Assembly: GCA_016235455.1 (NCBI GenBank)
Contig: JACRKZ010000008.1
Span: forward strand, 32,001 to 96,000
Length of the DNA: 64,000 bases
DNA from: Armatimonadota bacterium
Lineage (GTDB): Bacteria > Armatimonadota > UBA10988
Direction: 5' to 3'
The translations under genes and the position numbers were made by a program. A model generated the notes under the pieces. That model did not search any database. It was given only the letters and a program-made list of their open reading frames with translations, and was not told the origin of the DNA. This document shows, in pieces, positions 18,959 to 28,873 of this stretch; within the stretch, counting starts at the first letter, position 1, and the number at the start of each line of letters is the position of its first letter.

Positions 18959-20911
18959 TTGGCCTTCGCCTCACCGCCAGTGCCGGTCAACCTGGACCAG
19001 GCCGAGCCGTCGCCGCATCTGGCGCGCGCTTGGGCCTTGCGGGTGATCACGCTGCTGCTGCTCGGCGGGCTTTTTGGCCGTTTGTGGGTGTTGCAGATCG
19101 TGCGCGGCGGGGAGGCCGAGCGGCTCGCGGCGCGGAACCGGGTGCGGCTGGAGCCCACCGTGGCGCCACGCGGCGCCATCTTCGATGGCCGTGGCCAGTT
19201 GCTGGCCACCAACCGGCTCAGCCACCGCATCGCACTGGTCGACCTGAGCGGCGCCCGCGAGGACCGGCGCGCGCGCACTACCTGGATGATCAACGCCGCC
19301 TCGCCGCGCGCGGCCGCCAGCGTCGACATGCCCATGCCCACGGTGGATGAGCAACTGGCCCTGCTGGCCCGGCTGCTGCGACTGACGCCCGACGATGTCG
19401 GCCTGATCCGCACCGAGCTGGCCAGCCGCACGCGGCCGCGGTTCGCGCCGGTCACCGTCATCGACGACGCCGACGCCAAGGCGCTGACGCTGGTGCAGGA
19501 ACGGCTCTGGCAACTGCCGTCGGTGGTCATCGATCCCGTGCCGGCGCGCCGCTATCCCGCCGGCCGGCTCGCCGCCCACGTGGTCGGCTATGTGGGCAGC
19601 ATCTCGCCCAAGGAACTCGATGCGCGCCGCGCTGAGGAGCAGGCCGCCATCGACGCGCTGCGCCTGCGCATCGACAACGCGCGCAACGACCTGCCCAACA
19701 GTCAGCTCAGCCAGCTCGCGGCGCTCAACCGGCAGTTGCAGGTGGCCGAGCGGCTGCGCAACCAGACGGCGCGCACCGTCGGCAAGACCGGCCTGGAGGC
19801 GGCCCACGACACCGAGTTGCAGGGCGAGCCGGGCATCCAGACCTGGCAGGTCAATGCGCGCGGCCTGCCCATCAAGCTGCTCTCCACCTCGCAGGGCGAG
19901 GCCGGCAATGCGCTGTGGCTCAACCTCGACCTGCGCCTGCAGAAGGTTGCCGCGGAGGCCCTGGTCGGCCGACGCGGCTCGGCAGTGGCCATCGACCCGC
20001 GCGACGGCGCGGTCCTGGCCATGGTCAGCAGTCCCGGCTATGACCCCAACGACTTCGTGCCCAAGATCAACAGCGCGCTGTGGCAGAGCATCTTGGACGA
20101 CACGGCGCACCCGATGGAGAACCGTGCGCTGCGCTCAGCCTATCCGCCCGGTTCGACCTTCAAGGGTATCGTCTCCACCGCCGCGGGGTTCAAAGCCGGC
20201 GTCATCAGCGAGCACACCAGCTGCTCGTGCGGCGGTGCGTTGCGCATTGGCGGCCACCTGAAGAAGTGCTGGATGACACACGGCGGCGTCGACCTGCAGA
20301 CCGCCATCGCCCAGTCGTGCGATGTGTTCTTCTACATCGCCGGATTGCGCATGGGCCCGACGCCGATCATCGACATGGCCAAGGGCTTCGGCCTGGGCGA
20401 GCCGACTGGCATCGACCTGCCCGAGGAGCGTGGCGGCAACCTGCCCGACCCCGAGCAGCACAAGCGCCGTTGGCGCCGCGAGTGGTATCCTGGCGACACG
20501 GCCAACCTGGTCATTGGGCAGGGCGATGTCAACTGCACCGCGCTGCACGAGGTGCGGTCACGCGACGGCCAGACCGTGGTCAAGCCGTGGCAGCCGGTGC
20601 GGCGTGGCACGGTGCCCGCGTCGGCCGACGCGCTGCGGCAGATCAAGCAGGGCATGGTGCTGGCCGTGACCCACGGCACCGCGGCGCCCGCGGCCCTGCC
20701 CGGCATCAACGTGGCCGGCAAGACCGGCTCGGCCGAGGTCGGAGGCGACCGCGAGGCGCACGCCTGGTTCTGCTGCTTCGCGCCGGTGGAGAGACCGCGC
20801 GTGGCCGTCGCGGTCATGGTGGAGAACGGCGGGCACGGCAGCGAGGCCGCCGCGCCCATCGCGCGCGCCATGATGAGCACGCTGTTCGAACTCGAAGGGA
20901 AAGCGCCGTGA
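18959..20911 (+). CDS. mrdA: penicillin-binding protein 2 (class B), with apparent in-frame deletion
   Basis: N-terminal TM, APRGAIFD, RRYP, GKTGLE; catalytic PGSTFK (SxxK), SCD (SxN/D), KTGSAE. Confidence 0.9.
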   Translation: MAFASPPVPVNLDQAEPSPHLARAWALRVITLLLLGGLFGRLWVLQIVRGGEAERLAARNRVRLEPTVAPRGAIFDGRGQLLATNRLSHRIALVDLSGAREDRRARTTWMINAASPRAAASVDMPMPTVDEQLALLARLLRLTPDDVGLIRTELASRTRPRFAPVTVIDDADAKALTLVQERLWQLPSVVIDPVPARRYPAGRLAAHVVGYVGSISPKELDARRAEEQAAIDALRLRIDNARNDLPNSQLSQLAALNRQLQVAERLRNQTARTVGKTGLEAAHDTELQGEPGIQTWQVNARGLPIKLLSTSQGEAGNALWLNLDLRLQKVAAEALVGRRGSAVAIDPRDGAVLAMVSSPGYDPNDFVPKINSALWQSILDDTAHPMENRALRSAYPPGSTFKGIVSTAAGFKAGVISEHTSCSCGGALRIGGHLKKCWMTHGGVDLQTAIAQSCDVFFYIAGLRMGPTPIIDMAKGFGLGEPTGIDLPEERGGNLPDPEQHKRRWRREWYPGDTANLVIGQGDVNCTALHEVRSRDGQTVVKPWQPVRRGTVPASADALRQIKQGMVLAVTHGTAAPAALPGINVAGKTGSAEVGGDREAHAWFCCFAPVERPRVAVAVMVENGGHGSEAAAPIARAMMSTLFELEGKAP

Positions 20912-22059
20912 GCCGAGCCTTCCGCCATGCCCAGTCCGAGTCGTTTGCCGGCCACCACGACGCCGCGGCCAAGCTCTTTGCTCAGGCGCGACGCGATGCG
21001 CCCACGCTGCCGCACCTGGCGCTCCAGGAGGCGTTGGCCGAGGCCCGCGCCGGGCGGCCCGACACCGCGCTGCGCATCCTGCGTCGCGCCGACTGCGCGC
21101 AGCCGCCGTACCGCCTTTTCGAGGGCTGGCTGCAGGCCCGCTGCGGCCAGGTAGAGCAGGGGCTCAGCACATTGGCCGCCCTGGTCGCCGAGCAGCCGGG
21201 CAACCGCGTGGCGGCCACGGCCCTGGCCTACTGCCAGTTGCGCGCCGGGCAGGTGGAGCCCGCGCTGACGCTGTTGGCCGACCACGGCGACAACCTCGAA
21301 CTGCTGAGCTGGGCCTGGGCCGAGCTCGAACGCCAGGCGCCATCGTCCACCGCCGGTGACCTGCCGCCGTTGCCGGCCGGCAGCAACTCGCGCCGCGCGG
21401 CGCGCCGCTGGTTCGCCGCGGGGCAGGCCGCGCTGTTCGGGCACGTGCAGTCAGCCTGGCGCCATGCCCTGCTGGCCAGCCGCTGGGCCGCGCCGTTGCA
21501 CCCGTTGCTCCGTGCGCTGGAGGGGCCCTGGCCCACCGACGCACTGGTCGCCTTCCGCCGCGCCGATGCCACCGGGCACGCCCTGCCGCTGCTTAGCTTC
21601 CACCTGGGCGCCGCGCTGTATGACGCCGGCCACTGGGCGACGGCGCTGGCCATGCTGGAACGCGCTGGGAACGAACTGGAAGCCGAACTGGCTCGGCGCC
21701 TGGATCGTGCCAAGCCCGAGCAGCGCGACGCCGAACGCGCGCTGTTCGAGGCCGGTGAGGAGGCCTGCACCGTGCGGCTCTATCGCGCCGCCGCGCTCAC
21801 CGAGCTGGGCCGATGGGATGAAGCCGAGACCGCTCTGGATGAACTGGCGGCCCTGTCCGACGACGAGGAACCCGGCGAGTCCGGCCGCGTGCATGAGTTC
21901 GCCGTGCCCGAGTGGTTCGTCTGTCGCGGTCGCTGCCGGCTGGCTCGAGGCCGGTTCGACGCCGGTCGGGCCGACCTCGAACGCGCTCTGGTCGCCGATC
22001 CCGCGGTGTTCGCCGCTCGGCTGGCCCGCCTGCGCGCCGCCGGGGCTCAGAACCCGTAG
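20908..22059 (+). CDS. TPR-repeat protein
   Basis: GTG overlaps the mrdA stop (GTGA); TPR-like helices (FHLGAALYDAGHWATALAMLERA, RGRCRLARGRFDAGRADLERAL). Confidence 0.7.
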   Translation: MSRAFRHAQSESFAGHHDAAAKLFAQARRDAPTLPHLALQEALAEARAGRPDTALRILRRADCAQPPYRLFEGWLQARCGQVEQGLSTLAALVAEQPGNRVAATALAYCQLRAGQVEPALTLLADHGDNLELLSWAWAELERQAPSSTAGDLPPLPAGSNSRRAARRWFAAGQAALFGHVQSAWRHALLASRWAAPLHPLLRALEGPWPTDALVAFRRADATGHALPLLSFHLGAALYDAGHWATALAMLERAGNELEAELARRLDRAKPEQRDAERALFEAGEEACTVRLYRAAALTELGRWDEAETALDELAALSDDEEPGESGRVHEFAVPEWFVCRGRCRLARGRFDAGRADLERALVADPAVFAARLARLRAAGAQNP

Positions 22060-22862
22060 AGCGCGGCGATCTGGTAGCCCAGTTCGGGCGCCAGCATGAC
22101 CGCTAGCGCGCCCAAGACGAGGAACGGACCGAAGGGGATGGGGTCACGCCGGCTCATGCGGCCCGACGCCAGCAGCAGTCCGCCGATCACCGCGCCGGCC
22201 ATGATGCTGATCAGGAAGAATGCCGCAAACTGCCGGCCAGGGCCGATGAGCGCCCCGACGCCCGCCGCCAGCAACACATCGCCGCCGCCCATGGCCTCCT
22301 GCCCGAACCACCAGCGGCCCACGCGCACAATGGCCTCGAAGGCCGACCAACCCACCACCGCGCCAAGGAGCGCGAGCTTGAGGCTGGGCAGGCCCGGCGC
22401 CGGTAGCCACGGGAAGGCATGGACCAGGGCTGCGGCGCCCAGGCCCGCGACGAGCAGAGTCTGGTTGAGCGCGTTGGGGATGATCTTGTAGCGCAGGTCG
22501 GTGCCGGTGCCGGCCACCATGGCCGCGGTAGCGACGAAGTAGGCGATGGTGGTCACCGTGGCGCCCCAGCGCCAGAACACGGCCAGGTAGGCCACCCCCA
22601 CCAGCGCCTCCACCCACGAATACTGCATGCTGAGCGCCACGCCGCAGTAGCGGCAGCGGCGACCGGCGAGTAACAGGCTCAGCATCGGGATGAGGTCGCG
22701 CGGCGCCAGCTCGGTGCCACAGCAAAAGCAATGGCTGCCGGGGGAGACAACGGACTTCTCCCTCGGCAGCCGATAGATGAGCACGTTGACGAAGCTGCCG
22801 ACACAGCAACCGAGCAGTAGCGACCCGATGGCCAGGACCACACGCGTCGGCTCGATCGGCAT
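22047..22862 (-). CDS. pilD: prepilin peptidase (A24)
   Basis: GSFVNVLIYRLP, SHCFCC...CRYC Zn motif, TDLRYKIIP and MGGGD catalytic Asps, IPFGPFL. Confidence 0.95.
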   Translation of the reverse strand: MPIEPTRVVLAIGSLLLGCCVGSFVNVLIYRLPREKSVVSPGSHCFCCGTELAPRDLIPMLSLLLAGRRCRYCGVALSMQYSWVEALVGVAYLAVFWRWGATVTTIAYFVATAAMVAGTGTDLRYKIIPNALNQTLLVAGLGAAALVHAFPWLPAPGLPSLKLALLGAVVGWSAFEAIVRVGRWWFGQEAMGGGDVLLAAGVGALIGPGRQFAAFFLISIMAGAVIGGLLLASGRMSRRDPIPFGPFLVLGALAVMLAPELGYQIAALYGF

Positions 22863-22878
22863 CCTCTCTTCCCGCGCC

Positions 22879-24162
22879 TTACTGGCTCAAACTGTCGATG
22901 ATCGCCACGAGCGGCAGGAACATCGAGATGACGATGAAGCCGACGATGAGGCCCAGGATAACGATCATGATCGGTTCCAGGGCCGCGGTCAGCGATTCCA
23001 GCGCCGCTTCGACTTCACCTTCGTAGAACTCGGCGATCTTCTCGAGCATCTGGTCGAGCGCGCCCGTCTCTTCGCCGATGGCCACCATCTGCACGACCAT
23101 GGGCGGGAACCAGCCACTCGCCTCCAACGGCTTGGCGATGACCTCACCTTCACGGATGGCCGCACGAGCATTCATGATGGCCGTGGAGATGATGTCGTTG
23201 TCCACCGTGCCGGCGGTCGTCTCCAGCGCGCCCAGCACCGGCACGCCGGACCCGAGCATGGTGGAGAGCGTCCGCGCGAAGCGGCTGAGCGAGATCTTCA
23301 GGCCGAGGATGCCAAAGACCGGCACCTTGAGGCGGATCCAGTCCCAGATGCGGCGACCGGACTTGGTCCTCTTCCACTTCTGGAAGAGCATCCAAATACC
23401 GAAACAAATGGGCCACGTAACCCAGAACTTCTTGATCATCCAGTTGACCATGAACTCCGAGGTGTTCTTGAGGAACAGGGTCGGCGCCGGGAAGTCCTTG
23501 ACGCCGAGGTCGGTGAACAACTGGATGAACTTGGGCAGGATGAAGGTCATCAGGAAGGTCACGATGCCGAACGCCACGATCAAGACCAGGACCGGGTAGG
23601 TCATGGATGACTTGATCTTGCGACGCAGCTCGATGTCCTTTTCGAGGAACCCAGCCAGGCGGTCGAGGGTTTCGTCGAGCACACCGCCGACCTCACCCGC
23701 GCGCACCAGACCGACGAACAGGTTGTTGAACGCCCTGGGGTGCCGCAGCAGCGCCTTGGACAAGGCCTCGCCCGCCTCGACCTGCGCCTGAAGGTCACGG
23801 ATGATGTCCTTGAGCTTGTAGCTGGCCGCCTGCTGCTCGAGCACCGTCAGACAGCGGATCAGACTCACGCCGGCATTCATCATGGTGGAGAACTGGCGGC
23901 AGAAGAGCGCCAGGTCCTTCATCTTGACCTTGCCGAAGTTGCCGACCCGCCGGCGCTTCTTCTCCTTTTCGGTCGCCGGACCCTTGACGCCCTTGGCCTT
24001 GGCCACCTTCGCCGCGGCGCGACCCGTCAACACCTTGACCTCGGTCGGGAAGTAACCCTGGGCCGAGAGCCGCTGCCGCAGGACCTTCTCGTCCTCAGCT
24101 TCGGTCGTGCCCTGGGTGATCTTGCCCGACTGGGTCTTGGCCGTGTACTGGAATACTGGCAT
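22879..24162 (-). CDS. pilC: type IV pilus inner-membrane platform protein (GspF/PilC)
   Basis: FCRQFSTMMNAGV, RAGEVGGVLD, KIKSSMTYP, GEETGALDQML, LEPIMIV. Confidence 0.96.
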   Translation of the reverse strand: MPVFQYTAKTQSGKITQGTTEAEDEKVLRQRLSAQGYFPTEVKVLTGRAAAKVAKAKGVKGPATEKEKKRRRVGNFGKVKMKDLALFCRQFSTMMNAGVSLIRCLTVLEQQAASYKLKDIIRDLQAQVEAGEALSKALLRHPRAFNNLFVGLVRAGEVGGVLDETLDRLAGFLEKDIELRRKIKSSMTYPVLVLIVAFGIVTFLMTFILPKFIQLFTDLGVKDFPAPTLFLKNTSEFMVNWMIKKFWVTWPICFGIWMLFQKWKRTKSGRRIWDWIRLKVPVFGILGLKISLSRFARTLSTMLGSGVPVLGALETTAGTVDNDIISTAIMNARAAIREGEVIAKPLEASGWFPPMVVQMVAIGEETGALDQMLEKIAEFYEGEVEAALESLTAALEPIMIVILGLIVGFIVISMFLPLVAIIDSLSQ

Positions 24163-24217
24163 CGCCTTCTCCCCAGGTCGCTCTCAGCTCAGGTGGCTCA
24201 AACATGGCCCCGGACGA

Positions 24218-25369
24218 TCAGCGTCGCTGTGTCGGGCGCCCACCACCGGCGGCGCCACCTTCCCCATCTTCGCCGAAAATGAGCTTCTTGAGCTCTTCCT
24301 GGTTGACCGCCTTCTTCATGGCGTCTTCGTAGGAGATCATACCCCGCGTATAGCAGTCGCTAAGCGCCTGATCCATGGTCTGCATGCCGATTTGCTTGCT
24401 GGTCTGGATGACCGAGGTCATCTGGTGGGCCTTGGCCTCACGGATCAGGTTGCGGATGGCCGAATTGCAGATCATGATCTCTTGGACACAAACGCGGCCC
24501 GACTGGCCGGCGCGCGGCAGCAACTGCTGCGAGATGACCGCCACCAGGTTGTTGGCCAACTGCACGCGGATCTGTTCCTGCTGGTCGGCGGGGAACTGGT
24601 CGACCATACGGTCCACGGTCTCCGCAGCGGTGTTGGTGTGCAGTGTGGCGAACACCAGGTGGCCCGTTTCCGCGGTGGTGATGGCGATACCCGTGGTTTC
24701 CAGGTCGCGCATCTCACCGACCAGGATGACGTCGGGGTCCTCGCGCAGGGCTGAGCGTAGCGCCTTGGCGAAGCTGTGGGTGTCGGTCCCCACCTCGCGC
24801 TGATGGAGCACTGACTTCTTGTGGGTGTGCAGATACTCGATCGGGTCCTCGATGGTGAGGATATGCACACCGCGCGTGGCGTTGATCTCGTTGATCATGG
24901 AGGCCAGCGTGGTCGACTTGCCCGAACCGGTCGGACCGGTCACCAGCACCAGCCCGCGCGGGCGGTTGATGAACTCACGTAGCACAGCCGGCTGCTTGAG
25001 GTCCTCCATGGTGGGGATGCGCGAGGGAATGGTACGGAAGGCGGCGGCGGCGCACATCTTCTCCTTGTACACATTCACGCGGAAGCGGGACACGCGCTGC
25101 AGCGAGTAGGAGAAGTCCAGCTCCCACTCGTTCTCATAGCGCTGGATCTGCTCATCGCTGAGGATGTCATAGCAGATGCGCTGCGCCACGGGCGGGGTGA
25201 ACTGCGTGTAAGGCAGCGGCTGGAGCTCGCCGTCGACCCGGATGATCGGCGGCAGACCCACAGCCACATGCAAGTCGGTACCACCGGCATCGACGCACTG
25301 GCGGAGCAGGTCGTCGATATGCGCATCCTCGATGGGCATCGCGCCTTTGCGCGGAACAGGCGTCTCCAT
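24218..25369 (-). CDS. pilT: type IV pilus retraction ATPase
   Basis: GPTGSGKSTT, TIEDPIE, LREDPDVILVGEMRD, ATLHT, AIRNLIRE motif. Confidence 0.96.
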   Translation of the reverse strand: METPVPRKGAMPIEDAHIDDLLRQCVDAGGTDLHVAVGLPPIIRVDGELQPLPYTQFTPPVAQRICYDILSDEQIQRYENEWELDFSYSLQRVSRFRVNVYKEKMCAAAAFRTIPSRIPTMEDLKQPAVLREFINRPRGLVLVTGPTGSGKSTTLASMINEINATRGVHILTIEDPIEYLHTHKKSVLHQREVGTDTHSFAKALRSALREDPDVILVGEMRDLETTGIAITTAETGHLVFATLHTNTAAETVDRMVDQFPADQQEQIRVQLANNLVAVISQQLLPRAGQSGRVCVQEIMICNSAIRNLIREAKAHQMTSVIQTSKQIGMQTMDQALSDCYTRGMISYEDAMKKAVNQEELKKLIFGEDGEGGAAGGGRPTQRR

Positions 25370-25454
25370 CCGGCACTATCCTCCGAACCGCGGCCGGCGC
25401 CCGCTGGCGCCGACCTCGAACTAGCTGTGACACCGACTCGCCCTAGCGGCGAAC

Positions 25455-27278
25455 CTACTCCATCGCGGAGCCCACCGACTGGACCACGCGCATGACCTCT
25501 TCGATGGTGGTCATGCCGGCCAGGACCTTCTTCAGACCGTCCTGCTGCAACGTACGCATGCCGTTGGCGCGCGCCGCGTCGCGGATTTCGCCGGCCGATC
25601 CGCCCTTGACGATCAGTTCCGAGATCTCGGCGTTCATGATCATCAACTCGTAGATGCCGATGCGGCCCCGGTAGCCGGTTTCGCGGCAGTTGGAGCAGCC
25701 CTGGCCACGGTAGAAGGTGATCGGGTTGTTGGGGTCGGGCTTGAACCCGAACCGCTCCAAGGCTTCCACCGGCGGGTGGTAAGCCACGCGGCACTCGGAG
25801 CAGATCTTGCGGACCAGGCGCTGGGCCATGGAGCCGATCAGCGACGCGGCCACCAGGAACGGCTCGACGCCCATGTCGACCAGACGAGTGACCGACTGCG
25901 GCGCGTCGTTGGTGTGCACCGTGGACAGCACCAAGTGGCCCGTCAGCGACGCTTCGATGGCGATGTGCGCCGTTTCCACGTCACGGATCTCGCCGACCAT
26001 CATGATGTCCGGGTCCTGGCGCAGGAAGGAGCGCAGAGCACCGGAGAAGTCGACGCCGGCCTTGCGGTTCACCGCCACCTGCGAGATGCCCGGCAACTGG
26101 TACTCGACCGGGTCCTCGATGGTGATGATGTTGCGGTCCACCACGTTCAGCTTGTTGAGCACCGAGTACTGCGTGGTGGTCTTGCCCGAACCCGTCGGCC
26201 CACACGAGAGCAGAATGCCGTACGGCTGGACCACCAGCTCCTCGAGCAGCGCCTGCGTGTCGGGGAACAGACCCAGCTTGCTCAGACCGAGCAACACCGA
26301 GCTCTTGTCCAGGATACGCATAACCGACTTTTCGCCGTTGACTGTCGGGATGACGCTGACCCGCAGGTCGTAGTCCTTGCCGCCGTGCTTGATGGGAATA
26401 CGACCGTCCTGGGGCTTGCGCCGCTCGGCGATGTCCATATCGGACATGATCTTGACGCGCGAGAGCATGGGCGCGTGGACGTACTTGGGCACGGACATCA
26501 TCTCGTGGAGCACGCCGTCCACGCGGTAGCGCACGCGTACGTTGCGGCGCTGGGGCTCGATGTGGATGTCCGAGGCCTCGTCCTGAATGGACTTGACGAT
26601 GATCGTGTTGACGATGCGGATGATCGGCGCCTGCTCGGCGTCCACCATGGAAGTGACGTTGTCGTCGTCACTGCCATCGATGTTCATCTCGATGCCGCCG
26701 CGCTCCGCCTCAAAATCCTGCACCGCGGACGACATGAAGTCGGTGGCCGAGGCGCCGCCGAACTCGCTGGCGCCGCCGAACGGGTCGGCCGCCGCGGCGG
26801 CCTGCTCGGTCTCGCGGCCGCCGGCCGCGTTGCCGCCCGCCGCTTGGGCCTGGACGAACGGGGCCAGCTTGGCCTCAATCTCTTTTTCGGGCGCGAGCAC
26901 CGGCTTGGCGATGACCCCGACCATGCGCAGGTCGTCCAGCGCGATGATGTCGGTGGGGTCGGCCATGGCGATGACCACGCTGTTGCCGTCACGCCGGATG
27001 GGCAGCAGCTTGTGCTTGGTGAGCAGATGCAGCGGCACCAGCCGGACCACGGCCGGGTCGGGCGTGATGTCGCGCAGCTTGACGCGCTCGGCGCCAATCG
27101 ACTCGGCCTTGGCGTCCAGCACGTCGTCCTCGCTGGCCAGACCTTGGTCGACCAGCACCGTTTCGAGCCGTGACGATCCGGTTTTGCGAGCAACATCCAC
27201 CGCGGCACGCAGGTCCGTCTCCGAGATGATGCCCTTCTGAACCAGGATCTGTCCGAGATTCCGCCTTGGCGTACTCAC
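25455..27278 (-). CDS. pilB: type IV pilus extension ATPase (GspE/PilB)
   Basis: ASDIHIEP, ERRKPQDGR, GPTGSGKTTT, LRQDPDIMMVGEIRD, tetracysteine CSEC...CSNC, MshEN-like N-terminus. Confidence 0.95.
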   Translation of the reverse strand: MSTPRRNLGQILVQKGIISETDLRAAVDVARKTGSSRLETVLVDQGLASEDDVLDAKAESIGAERVKLRDITPDPAVVRLVPLHLLTKHKLLPIRRDGNSVVIAMADPTDIIALDDLRMVGVIAKPVLAPEKEIEAKLAPFVQAQAAGGNAAGGRETEQAAAAADPFGGASEFGGASATDFMSSAVQDFEAERGGIEMNIDGSDDDNVTSMVDAEQAPIIRIVNTIIVKSIQDEASDIHIEPQRRNVRVRYRVDGVLHEMMSVPKYVHAPMLSRVKIMSDMDIAERRKPQDGRIPIKHGGKDYDLRVSVIPTVNGEKSVMRILDKSSVLLGLSKLGLFPDTQALLEELVVQPYGILLSCGPTGSGKTTTQYSVLNKLNVVDRNIITIEDPVEYQLPGISQVAVNRKAGVDFSGALRSFLRQDPDIMMVGEIRDVETAHIAIEASLTGHLVLSTVHTNDAPQSVTRLVDMGVEPFLVAASLIGSMAQRLVRKICSECRVAYHPPVEALERFGFKPDPNNPITFYRGQGCSNCRETGYRGRIGIYELMIMNAEISELIVKGGSAGEIRDAARANGMRTLQQDGLKKVLAGMTTIEEVMRVVQSVGSAME

Positions 27279-27427
27279 GTCCGTTACCCCGCTTTGAGGC
27301 AGCTCGCCGGCTATCTGGCCGGTGCCGTCCTCTGTGTCATCGCCACTGTCGCGCGCGTGATGGCCGCGCGCGCCGCCGCTCATGCATACCGCAACTACCG
27401 CCTGCGGCCCGCAGTCGTTCCGGGCCA

Positions 27428-27457
27428 AGGATACCGCATCGCGATCCGGCTTGTCAA
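27428..27457 (-). promoter_or_regulatory. sigma70-type promoter for pilBTCD
   Basis: Minus strand TTGACA-18 nt-TATCCT. Confidence 0.5.
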
Positions 27458-27465
27458 CGGCCCGC

Positions 27466-28338
27466 TCAGGCGCTGCGGCGCGCCAACTCCGCGCTCAGCA
27501 CGCTGCGCATCAACTCGGCCGGCGGCTCCTGTCCGGTCCACCGCGCCAGTGCCAGAGCGCCCTGGTAGGCCAACATGCTCACCCCGTTGCGGCAGCTCGC
27601 GCCGCGCTCGGCCGCGGCGCGCATCAGTTGCGTCTCGGCCGGGTTGTAGATGATGTCGACCAGCCAGGCGCCGGCCGCCAACGCGGGCAAGGTCACCGGC
27701 GCGGCATCCATCTCCGGGTACATACCCACACTGGTGGTGTTCACAATCAGATCCGCCGCGGCCAGCGTAGTTTCGAGTCGCGACGAATCGAGGGCCATCG
27801 CCTCGGCCGAGCCGGCCCGCACGCGCTCGTTGAGCAGTTCGCACAGCTCGTCGGCGCGCGCCGCGGTGCGGTTGGCCACCACCAGGCGTTCGGCGCCCGC
27901 GCGTACCAGCGACACGCTGACCGCGCGCGCGCTGCCCCCGGCGCCCAGCACCACCACGCGCCGGCCGGCCACCTGGCAGCCGTCGGCGGCCAGCGCGGCC
28001 ACGAATCCGGGCCCATCGGTGCTGTCGCCGACGATGCCGTCGGGCGTGAAGTGGACCGTGTTGACCGTGCCGGTGAGCTGTGCCTCGGCGGTCGGATGGT
28101 CGACCAACCCCAGCAGCGCCTGCTTGTGCGGGATGGTGGCGTTGAAGCCGACCAGCCCGGCGGCGCGCAGGCCGGCCAGCGCGGCGGGCAGGTCGTCGGG
28201 TGCCACCGCGAATGGCACGTAGGCCCAGTCGAGCCCCATGGCCGCCAGCGCGGCGTTCTGCATGGGTGGCGAGAAGCTGTGCCGCACGGGCCAGCCAATG
28301 ACGCCCACCAGGCGAGTAGTGCCCCAGATGTCGGGCAT
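27466..28338 (-). CDS. aroE: shikimate dehydrogenase
   Basis: HSFSPPMQN, NATIPHK, TVNT, STDGPG, GAGGSARA, NTTSVGM, DIIYNP. Confidence 0.95.
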   Translation of the reverse strand: MPDIWGTTRLVGVIGWPVRHSFSPPMQNAALAAMGLDWAYVPFAVAPDDLPAALAGLRAAGLVGFNATIPHKQALLGLVDHPTAEAQLTGTVNTVHFTPDGIVGDSTDGPGFVAALAADGCQVAGRRVVVLGAGGSARAVSVSLVRAGAERLVVANRTAARADELCELLNERVRAGSAEAMALDSSRLETTLAAADLIVNTTSVGMYPEMDAAPVTLPALAAGAWLVDIIYNPAETQLMRAAAERGASCRNGVSMLAYQGALALARWTGQEPPAELMRSVLSAELARRSA

Positions 28339-28354
28339 GGCCTTACCTCCCGAG

Positions 28355-28873
28355 CTAGTCGTCGCGGCGTTCAGCCCAACGCCGACGCAGTAGCGGCCGC
28401 TCAAGCGGCCGGCCCAGCAGACGGTAGACGATGAAGTCGTTGGTGCTGCAGGGGCGGACCAGCACCGTTCGCATGCCCATGCGGTTGCCCCCGACGATGT
28501 CGGTGAACAACTGGTCGCCGACCATGGCCGTCTCGCCGGCCTCCACGGCCATGGCCGCCAGCGCGCGGCGGAACCCCGCGCGCGCTGGCTTGCGGGCCAG
28601 CGCCAGCGTGGGGATGCCCAGTTCGGCCACCATGCGCGCCACCTTGCGCGGCTGGGCCGAGTTGGACAGCACGCACAGCCGCACGCCGTCGGCGATCAGC
28701 GCCTCGAGCCAGGCCCGGGTGGCCGTGTCGAGGTGGTAGGCATTGCGCGGCACCAGGGTGTTGTCGGCATCCATGATCAGGGCGCGAATGCCCCATCCGG
28801 CCAGCCGCTCGGGTGTCAACTCGAGCACGGTATCCAGGCAGTGATCCGGGCGGATGAGGTGGCTCAGGCTCAT
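28355..28873 (-). CDS. yqeG: YqeG-family HAD IIIA phosphatase
   Basis: DADNTLV, LSN, ARKP, MVGDQLFTDIVGGNRMG. Confidence 0.92.
   Translation of the reverse strand: MSLSHLIRPDHCLDTVLELTPERLAGWGIRALIMDADNTLVPRNAYHLDTATRAWLEALIADGVRLCVLSNSAQPRKVARMVAELGIPTLALARKPARAGFRRALAAMAVEAGETAMVGDQLFTDIVGGNRMGMRTVLVRPCSTNDFIVYRLLGRPLERPLLRRRWAERRDD

Noticed and set aside
27279-27425. Possible c-di-GMP-I riboswitch in the pilB leader
   Set aside because: Only a weak 3'-like fragment (GATAGCCGG...CTGCC); the GGCAAAC/GAAA/GACGCAAAGC core is absent.
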